DNA of 63,073 nucleotides, the filler included, from Reclinomonas americana ATCC 50394 (lineage: Eukaryota), in assembly GCA_048213135.1 (NCBI GenBank). It is 5 parts of 3 records of this genome, joined end to end, with 100 filler letters (N's around TTAATTAATTAA, not from the genome) between each part and the next. Parts side by side here need not be neighbours in the genome. Positions count along the whole stretch, not along the records: positions 13,676 to 38,352 come from PS015420.1; 4 more parts are not named here. One strand, written 5' to 3'. The notes beneath the pieces are model-generated. The model made no database searches, had not been told where the DNA came from, and saw nothing but the letters and a program-made list of their open reading frames with translations. The first letter of the stretch is position 1. Each line of letters opens with the position of its first letter. Shown piece after piece: positions 23,522-32,746 of the stretch. The position numbers and the translations under genes are program-made.

Positions 23522-25546
23522 ATGCGAGTGCTTGTGCTCTGCTTTGTTTTCCTCATCGCCCTCTCGCTGAGCGGCAAAGTCGCCAGCGCCACTGACGAGT
23601 TGTGTGATCGTTCGCAAGGTATGTGTGTGTGTGCCGCAGTCAGATGCACACAAGTTTGACTCTGATGCGCTCTCTGCACTCCCTCTGTGTACTTCTGTGG
23701 CACAAGAGACAGTGCATTCCACGTCTCATCTCTCTCTCTCTCTCTCTCTCTATCACACACTGCATGTGCTCTGTGCATTGTCATCAGTCACTGCGAGGAA
23801 CCATCATGATATCACCAGTTCGCTCACTACTCCCACCTTCCACAGACGGCACTCTCGCTCTGCCGTGCGTCGTCGGGCCTGTGCGCTTGCATAGACTGCT
23901 TGCAAACGGGTGGATTGGATTCGTTTTCCTTGCTTCTCCTCTCACTGCGGACATCGATGCCAGCGGCACCAACAACAACAAGCAGCGATCAACTGCACCG
24001 TTGGTGGTCAAGACGGCGTTCCGATACCCTGAATGCAAGCAGCGACTGGAACAAGAGTGGAGACACAACGAGCGGATTCTCGAGCTGCAGTTCACAAGAG
24101 AGGAGCGACAGGGATTCGCCGAGTACAAGGGCGCGTTCTACGCCACCTGCATGCATGGCAGCAGGACCGCTCTCCTCATTTCCAATCGCACGGGTTGGGG
24201 TTTGACTGGCTTCGACGTGCAGATGCGAGACGGCCGTAATGCGCTGGAGGAGCCTGTGGAGTGCCTGTACTTGATGTTCAAAAACGAGGACTCGCTGCCG
24301 CTGAGGAGTGTGTTGTCGGTGCCTGCACACATCGAGGAGGTGCTGTCGCGTTTGACACTGTTGAGTGTCATTCTCGTCCGCTCAGTGTCTCTGACCACCA
24401 CAGGCGGCAAAGGCAGGTGCAAGAGCAGTGAAGAGCGAGGCGTTCACCATGTACGACTTGCTCACAAGTGAGTGGAGACACGGAAAGAGTGTGCTCCGGC
24501 AGGTGCTCGCACCGTTAGGTGAGTGGGCTCAAGAGACAAAGAGCGAGCGAGAGAGAGACCTTGTAACCGCAAGAGTTCGTTCTCCTTTGCGATTGCAGCG
24601 CATTTACCTCCCTGCTCTCCATCTTGCAGACGCGCTGCACCGCCGTGGCTTGCTGCACGGCGATTCGCACGCTTTGAACTACCTGATACGCCTCGGTGGT
24701 GATACGACAGCAGACGGAGAGCATCGCTTCGCTGTGAAGCTCATCGACAACGTGGGCATGCGTATTCCCGGCAGTGTGCCCATTAGTGTGGGGAGCGCAG
24801 ACGCAGAGGAATGTCGAATCAACCCCCGCTGCATGAGTTTCAAGGCAGACGTTGTCGACGCCGTGCGCGAGTTGTTGACGGCAGTGGTGGTGCCGCTGCG
24901 CCACCCATCGCAAGTAGCTGCATGGCAAGAAAACCTGCCCACGGCCGCGTTTGGAAAGCACGACATGAGCTTCTGCGCGCGCCACTTCATCTGGCTGCCG
25001 TTCAATAGTCCACCGTCGAGCAAGTTGGCTGCATTCCTCCTGCGCCACCCACTGCTCGATCCGCAGGCAGCGACTCGCGACACCCACGACGACCTCTGTC
25101 GCCGTGCGTTCGAGTCGCTGGTGTCGTTGGGATCGGCTGCTGATTCTGCGTTCCCTCCACCACTGTTGACGATGCTTGTCGACGGCGTCGTCAGCAAGGT
25201 TCGAGTGCAACACTATCCGGCCGAGCACAGGTTCGAACTCGGCTGGGTGGCGAATGCTGGCGGCAACGGCGGCAATACGCCATGTGAGCAGGCTGAAGCC
25301 ACCGACAGTGTTCCATTGACGCACGTGGTGGAGGGTGTGGAGGACTGCGTGGGGGCAGACGGTGGACAACTGGAGGTGGTGATTCGGGACATGATCACCG
25401 AGGAGGTGCGCAGAGTGGTGCTTGCCGACACAGAAGCCAGCACGCATGGGAGCGAGGAGAGTCCAGTGCGGAGGCTGTGGAGAGCGTGGAGGGTGGCAGA
25501 GGAGTTTCAGAGGATACATAGTAATATAGAAGAGTGGATGAGATGA
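23522..25546 (+). CDS. Secreted atypical protein-kinase-like protein, tandem copy 2 (4 exons)
   Basis: MRVLVLCFVFLIALSLSGKVASA, then LANGWIGFVFLA, LVVKT, RLEQE, LHRRGLLHGDSHALN, VKLIDNVG and SFKADV. Intron positions are the same as in the other copies. Confidence 0.85.
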
Positions 25547-25927
25547 GTTACCGCAGCATGTGCAGTCGTGGGGCTGCTTCTAGAGTGTGGCCTCATTCCA
25601 TGAGTCAACAGCAAAGCACTTGCAAGCCTGAAGTCGCGACTCAAAATATTTTTTAATCGAAGTTGCGAGTTGATCGCGGCTGCGCGCTGACCGCCGGCGA
25701 TTTTGATACACATGTGTACACACGTACGTACATCTCCAATTTGGCAGCGGCAGCACGATGCGAATCACGTAGAGTTGACGTTGCCAGCTGTGGCTGACAA
25801 GAAGCCGACGCTCGTGGACAGCCCATCACAATGCAATGTGTGCTCGCAACGCGGCCAGTGCGCGCGCGCTCTTCTGCATTTTCATAAAAACTGCGGTGGG
25901 AGCGCGTGAGAGGAGTGCAGTTTGCGG

Positions 25928-26135
25928 ATGCGAGTGGTGATGCTCTGCTTCACTTTCGTCATCGGCCTCGCACTAAGTGGCTACGTCGTCGTCGGCATCG
26001 ATGCACCGTTGTGTGAGCAGTCACAAGGTGTGTTTGTGTGTGCGTGTGTTTGTTTGTGTCCAGCACGTTGCGCAGCAAGGCAGTCACAGCTCTCGCTCTC
26101 CCTTACAACAGCGATGCGCAGCGCCCCACTGCACA

Positions 26136-26166
<31 letters not shown>

Positions 26167-28067
26167 GATCTCTCGTGTGGGTTCGAACAAGTGCTGGGGC
26201 ATTTAGTTGTCTGTGCGTCATGTGTCTCTGTGTCTGCCACCTGCCTCTCTCTCTCTCTCTCTCTATCTCTCTCTTTGACACTACGCATCATTCTCGCGAG
26301 AAGCAGGCACCACCATTCGCCTTACACCAGTGGTTGGGATATGTTGCACTCAGCGATTACCACTCTCTTGACAGACGACACCCTCGCCCTTCCGTGTACC
26401 CTCGGGCCTGTGCGCTTGCACAGGGTGCTCGCAAACGGATGGATGGGAATCGTCTTCCTCGCATCTCCACTCGGCGACGATGCCAATAACAGCAGCAGCG
26501 GGCAATCCACTCCACCGCTGGTGGTCAAGACTCCATTCCAATATACAGAATGCGAGGAGCGACTGGAGCAGGAGCGAAAATTTAATGAGCAGATCCTTCT
26601 GTTCTCAAGTGAGGAGCGACAGGGATTCGCCGAGTACAAGGGCGCATTCTTCGCCGCCTGCATGCTCGGGACGGCTCTGATCGTCGTTCCTGACCGCGGC
26701 AATCTGCGGTTGACCGACTTGAACGTGCGCATGCGCATGCGCAACAGGCATGATGTGCAAGACGAGTCGACGAAGTGCCTTTACTTGGTGTTCAAGAACG
26801 AGGCGGCGCTGCCGCTGATGGATGTGCTGTCGGTGCCGGCATACTTGGAAGAAGTTTTGTGTGCTTGCTCGTCGTTGAGCCATCATGCTCCACTGCTAAG
26901 TACTTGCGGCCACCACAGGAGGCAAAGACAGGCACACCAACTGTCAACAGCGAGGCGGTCACCATGTACAACCTGCTCACGAGCGAGTGGAAGCACGGGA
27001 AGAGTGTGCTTCGGCAAGTACTCGCTCCATTAGGTATGTCGTCGTCAGAGAGTAGACTGCTGTATTCTTTTGTTCACCTTATTCCTTCACCGTGTCACTC
27101 GATGATTCGTGGTAACTAACCCCCTGCTGTTCATCTTGCAGCTGCGCTTCACCATCGTGGAATGCTGCACGGTGACGCGAACACTGCCAACTGTCTCATA
27201 CGCCTCGCTGATTCGACTGTGGACGAACAGCATCGTGGTCGTTTCACTGTCAAATTTGTCGACAATGTTGGCATGCGGTTACCGGGGCATGTTGCCACGA
27301 GCGTGGGGAGCGCGGACGCAGAGGAGTGCCGACTCAATCCCCGCTGCATGAGTTTCAAGGCAGACGTTGTCGACGCCGTGCGCGAGCTGTTGACGGCAGT
27401 GGTGGTGCCGCTGCACCACCCGTCGCAGATTGATATGTGGCAAGAAAACCTGCCCACGGCCGCGTTTGGAAAGCACGACATGAGCTTCTGCGCGCGCCAC
27501 TTCATCTGGCTGCCATTCAATAGTCCACCGTCGAGCAGGATGGCTGCATTCCTCCTGCGCCACCCTCTGCTCGACCCGCAGGCAGCGACTCGCGACACCC
27601 ACGACGACCTCTGTCGCCGTGCGTTCGAGTCGCTGGTGCCATTTGGATCGGCTGCTGATTCTGCGTTCCCTCCACCACTGTTGACGATGCTTGTCGACGG
27701 CGTCGTCAGCAAGGTTCGAGTGCAACACTATCCGGCCGAGCACAGGTTCGAACTCGGCTGGGTGGCGAATGCTGGCGACGACGGCGGCAATACGCCATGT
27801 GAGCAGGCTGAAGCCACCGGCAGTGTTCCATTGACGCACGTGGTGGAGGGTGTGGAGGACTGCGTGGGGGCAGACGGTGGACATCTGGCCATGGAGGTGG
27901 TGATTCGGGACATGATCACCGAGGAGGTGCGCAGAGTGGTGCTTGCCGACACAGAAGCCAGCACGCATGGGAGCGAGGAGAGTCCAGTGCGACGGCTGTG
28001 GAGAGCGTGGAGGGTGGCAGAGGAGTTTCAGAGGATACATAGTAATATAGAAGAGTGGATGAGATGA
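25928..28067 (+). CDS. Secreted atypical protein-kinase-like protein, tandem copy 3 (4 exons)
   Basis: MRVVMLCFTFVIGLALSGYVVVG, then LANGWMGIVFLA, LVVKT, RLEQE, LHHRGMLHGDANTAN, VKFVDNVG and SFKADV. Confidence 0.85.
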
Positions 28068-28476
28068 GTTACCGCAGCATGTGCAGTCGTGGGACTGCTG
28101 CTTCTAGAGTGTGGGTTCTTCGCATGGCTGCACTGAGTCGACAGCAAAGTATTTGCAAACTTGACTCAGCATGCGAAGGTGTGGATATCAATACGAACAA
28201 CCTGCTGTCGGCATCGATCGGCGTTGGTATTGTTGATATCAGTGGAGTTGCTGTGGCATTTCGCCAAACTCGCAGCGGCAGCACGATGCAAGCTACGTAG
28301 AGTGGTTGCTTGCAGTGGCTCACAGGCAGCCGACGCTCGAGCGGTCGGGGCTGATCATGAACAGCTCGTCACGATCACATCCAATGTGTGCTCGCAACGC
28401 GGCCAGAGTGCGCGCGCGCTCTTCTGCATTTTCATAAAACTGCGGTGGGAGCGCGTGGGAGGAGTGCAGTTTGCGG

Positions 28477-30635
28477 ATGCGAGTGGTGGTGCTCTGCTTC
28501 ACTTTCGTCATCGGCCTCGCACTAAGTGGCTACGTCGTCGTCGGCATCGATGCACCGTTGTGTGAGCAATCGCAAGGTGTGTGTGTGTGTGTGCAGTCAT
28601 GGAATGCACGTCCAGCACGTTGCGCAGCAAGGCAGGCACAGCTCTCGCTCTCCCTTACAACAGCGATGTGCAGCACCCCACTGCGCAACATACTCTCTCT
28701 CTCTCTCTCACACACACACTCTCTCACAACAGCAAGTTCGAATATGTGCTGGGCATATTTGTCGTGTGTCACCTTGTCTCTGTCACTGCCTCTTTCTTTC
28801 GCCCTCTCTTCTCTCTCTCTCTCTCTGAGACTATACATCCATCGTTTGTTGCAAGAAGCCAGTTCCACCATCCGCGCGGGCGCTCCAAAAAGTGTGATGT
28901 ATTTTGTGCTCACAAATGTCGATAATTCTAACGCGCCACTCTCATCCCACAGACGACACTCTCGCCCTACCGTGCACCATCGGCCCTGTGTGCTTGTTCA
29001 AGCTTCTTGCAAACGGATGGATGGGATTTACTTTTCTCGCCTCTCCACTTGACGACGATGGCAGCTGCAACATCAACGAGTACTCCACTGCGCCGCTGGT
29101 TATCAAGACGGCCTTCCAGTACGAAGTCAGCAAGGAGCGACTGGAGCAGGAGCGCACACACAACGAACGAATACTGCAGTTCTCAAGTGAGGAACGAAAG
29201 GGATTCGCCGAGTACAAGGGCGCATTCTTCGCCGCCTGCATGCTCGGGACGACTCTTCTGGACTACGACGACCGCCGTACTTTGCGGTACCGGTTTACAA
29301 ACTTAAATGTGCGCATGCACAACAGGCTTCAAGAGGAGGAGAACGAGGAGGACGAGAAGTTGACCAGGTGTCTCTTCTTGGTGTTCGGGAACGAGGGCTT
29401 GCTGCAGCTGACGAAGCTGTTGTCGGTGCCGACAGATATGGAAGAGGTCGGTGTGCAATATTGACACCAAGAATACTCGCTCCACTGCTTCTAAGTACTT
29501 GCGGCCACCCACAGGAGGCGAAGAGTGGTGCAACTGTGGTCAAGAGTGAGGCGGTCACCATGTACAACTTGCTCACGAGCGAGTGGAAGCGCGGAAAGAG
29601 TGTGCTCCGGCAAATGCTCGCACCGTTAGGTGAGTGGAGAGAGAAGCAGTATCTTTGACGTCATGACTGTGTCGCTTGATGGTACGCGGGCATTAACCCC
29701 CTGCTATCCTTCTTGTAGCTGCGCTGCACCGCCGTGCCTTGTTGCACGGCGATTCGCACTCTACCAACTACGTCATACGCGTCGATGATACGACAGCGGA
29801 CGGAGAACTTGGCTTGATTGTGAAGCTCATCGACAATGTCGGTATGCGCTTACCCGACAATACTGCACTTAGCATCGGGAGAGTAGACGCGGAGGAGTGC
29901 CGTCTCGATCCTCGCTGCGTGAGTTTCAAGTTGGACGTCGTCGACGCCATGAGTCGGCTGGTGACTGCAGTGGTGGTGCCGCTGCGTCATTCGTCACAGA
30001 TTGCTGAATGGCAAGAAAACCTGGCCACGGCCGCGTTTGGAAAGCACGACATGAGCTTCTGCGCACGTCACTTTATCTGGCTGCCATGGAATAGTCCACC
30101 GTCGAGCAGGATGGCTGCATTCCTCCTGCGCCACCCTCTGCTCGACCCGCAGGCAGCGACTCGCGACACCCACGACGATCTCTGTCGCCGTGCGTTCGAG
30201 TCGCTGGTGCCATTCGGATCGGCCGTTGATTCTGCGTTGCCCCCACCACTGTTGACGATGCTTGTCGACGGCGTGGTCAGCAAGGTTCGAGTGCAGCACT
30301 ATCCGGCCGAGCACAAGTTCGAACTCGGCTGGGCCCGGGTGGCGAATACTGGCGACGACGGTGACAGTGCATCACCTTGGGGGCCGGATGCCACCATCGA
30401 CACCGCGTGTATTCTAACGACGCACGTCGTTGAGGCTGTGGAGGACCGCGTAGGGGCAGACGATGGACAACTGGCCATGGAAGTGGTGATTCGGGACATG
30501 ATCACCAACAGTGTGCGCAGCATGGTGCTTGCCGACGCAGAAGCCAGTACGCATAGGAGGGAGGAGAGTCCAGTGCGACGGCTATGGAGAGCGTGGAAGG
30601 TGGCAGAAGAGTTCCAGAAGTTCACAGATTCATGA
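28477..30635 (+). CDS. Secreted atypical protein-kinase-like protein, tandem copy 4 (4 exons)
   Basis: MRVVVLCFTFVIGLALSGYVVVG, then LANGWMGFTFLA, LVIKT, RLEQE, LHRRALLHGDSHSTN, VKLIDNVG and SFKLDV. Confidence 0.85.
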
Positions 30636-30653
30636 ATTCGAAGTAATGTCCAT

Positions 30654-32717
30654 TACAGAGTAAAAAATTTTATTCGCGACAAAAATTCAAGAGTGCACTC
30701 CATTCTCGCGAACCTGGCAGTCATGCGCGCCAAGCTTGGTGGCAGGACGTAGCCGAGGAGCTGGAGAACAACATGATATGCAGCCGTGCGCCAAGAGAGT
30801 TGTCAGAGATTCGTTTTGTCGACAGGAACACCGAGAGATGCGAAATTTGACATCGATCGGATTGCATTTAATTCGCGATGAAATCACAAAAAGAACACTG
30901 AGCAGGCTTCCCACTGCCGTCTGCAGGCCCGCGGTCCAGGGGGCACTAAGGGCGGCATCGACGCTTCCTAGGAGGGGCCTCGTCGTCATCCGAAACCTCG
31001 TCCTCGCCTGATGAGCTGCTGCTCTCGGAGACCTCCGGTGACCCACGCCGCGCAGCACGATTTCGTTTTTTCCGATTCTTGATGGCAAGTGCCTTGTTGT
31101 GCTCGATGTTGGCCACGATCTCGTCCAGCGTAACGATCTCCTTGTCCGCCGGGCCAGTTGTCACCGTCGGCATCGGCTCCAGGTGCATTGCGCGCGCCTG
31201 GAACGCAGTCGCTGGATAATTTTTGCCGTCGACCAAAATTGAATGCACCCGCTCGTCATTCGCCTCGTCCTCAAGAACGATGTGGTCCGGATGCACCGCT
31301 CGTTCAAGCAGCACTCGGAGATTGACCGGGTAGAGGCCTTCGAAAGCACGTGGCACGTTGTCGCCGGCCGTGGCGATCGCCCACGCGTTCCCAAGGAGTT
31401 TGCCCAAATTGTGCAAACCCAGGCGCGCGTTCGGATGCTGGCCTAAGTGGGCGTCGATCTGCGTCTTCAGCGACCGCTTGAAGACCGCGAAGATGCTACG
31501 GTCGAGCGGTTGCAGCCGCCACGTGCTGTAGGGCGGCAGGAACACTGGAACGATGTTGTGAGCGGCGAATTCGTCAGCGACAGTCGCAGCCACGTGCGTC
31601 TTGTGGTTGTCCATCACCAGCAAAATCTTCTCGTGGGCACGGAGGCCAACCCGGGCGTGGCGCGCGAACCAACGCACCCACTTCAGCATCACCTCGGTTG
31701 TCATCCACCCCGACGTTGTGGACACGAAGCCCCAGTCGCGGCTCGGCGGCAGTGTCGGCGGCAAATATGGGTCATTGGTGATGACGACAGGCGGGATCAT
31801 GTTACCGCCCCGCGCGGCGATGCAGGGAACAAGCGTCAGGTGCAGGTGGGGGCCGTGCGGCAACGCGCGCGCCACAACCTCTCGCTGGCAGCGTCGAGCA
31901 CACACCAGGAGTTTCTGGGAGAGAGGGAGGAATGAGAATCGGTCATTTGAAAATTTTGCATGTCACTGACCTCCTCGTGATACACGCGCACGCCTGTCTC
32001 ATCCATGTTGTACACCGCCACTGGGTTGTGCTCGGCGATCTTGTGCTGCAGTCGGGCCACAAACTCACGGATCGCCAGTGTAGTCACAGAGTGCACTTTC
32101 TTGCGTGTGACCGTTTGAGCAACTCGTTTGCTGAGCTCATCCTTGTGCCGCTTGAAAAACGACTCCACCCACGCCTTGGGAGGCACGCCGTTCTCCCAGG
32201 AGGGGGGCACCGTGAGCTCCCGAGCTTCGACGCACGTCGCCACCACGGAAGGGAGAGAGCGCACAGCCAGGGCCATGTCATAGTCGGCACATCGCTTGAT
32301 GTCCTCAATCAGCACTCTCTCCACATCAAGCGGCAGTGTGGTCGGCCGACCACGGCGAGCGTCTAGCGCGCAGCGACCCGTCGCACGCCGCCAAACCGCA
32401 TCGGGTGACAAGCCACACTCCTCAGCTGCCTCGGTGAGCGTCATGCGGCCCCTCTTGACCTTCTCCACGCACTGTGCGACCACTCTTGTAACGGACGGAG
32501 GAGAGTGTGGGTGCGACATGTCCAGTGTTTATCTCAAAAAACGCGCGAGATGCGCTATTTCTCACGCGCGCGAGCACGCCCATCGGTCAGAAGGGTGAAA
32601 TACTCCCGCCGCGCGCGAAAACCGCGGCGTAAAAATGCGCAGGGGTTGCACAGTGTCAAAAAAACCAAACTTTCGTCGCGAATTAAAAGCGTCGCGAATT
32701 TTCTGCTTTACTCTACA
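30654..32717 (-). mobile_element. Fot1/pogo-like (Tc1/mariner superfamily) DNA transposon, ~2.06 kb, with imperfect 25-bp TIRs
   Basis: The left end CAGAGTAAA-AAATTTT-ATTCGCGAC (30656-30680) matches the reverse complement of the right end, TAGAGTAAA-GCAGAAA-ATTCGCGAC (32691-32715). An extra subterminal GTCGCGAATT lies at 32675-32684. The ends enclose a transposase gene. Confidence 0.85.
30946..32519 (-). CDS. DDE_1 transposase (HTH + CENP-B-type HTH + DD35D catalytic domain), one 56-nt intron at 31915-31970
   Basis: MTLTEAAEECGL...GRPTTLP...WVESFFKRH, VYNMDETG, SGWMT, LLVMDNHKTH, FLPPYSTWRLQPLDRSIF. There are 35 residues between the 2nd and 3rd Asp. A phase-0 GT-AG intron joins YHEE|KLLVC. 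Confidence 0.93.
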
Positions 32718-32746
32718 TTGTGCTGGCGTTGTCCTTCTACTCTTTC

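Noticed and set aside
24515..28040. Long antisense ORFs (334 aa, 253 aa) repeated opposite the kinase genes
   Set aside because: These are shadow ORFs expected from GC-rich codon usage. They recur only because the sense genes are duplicated.
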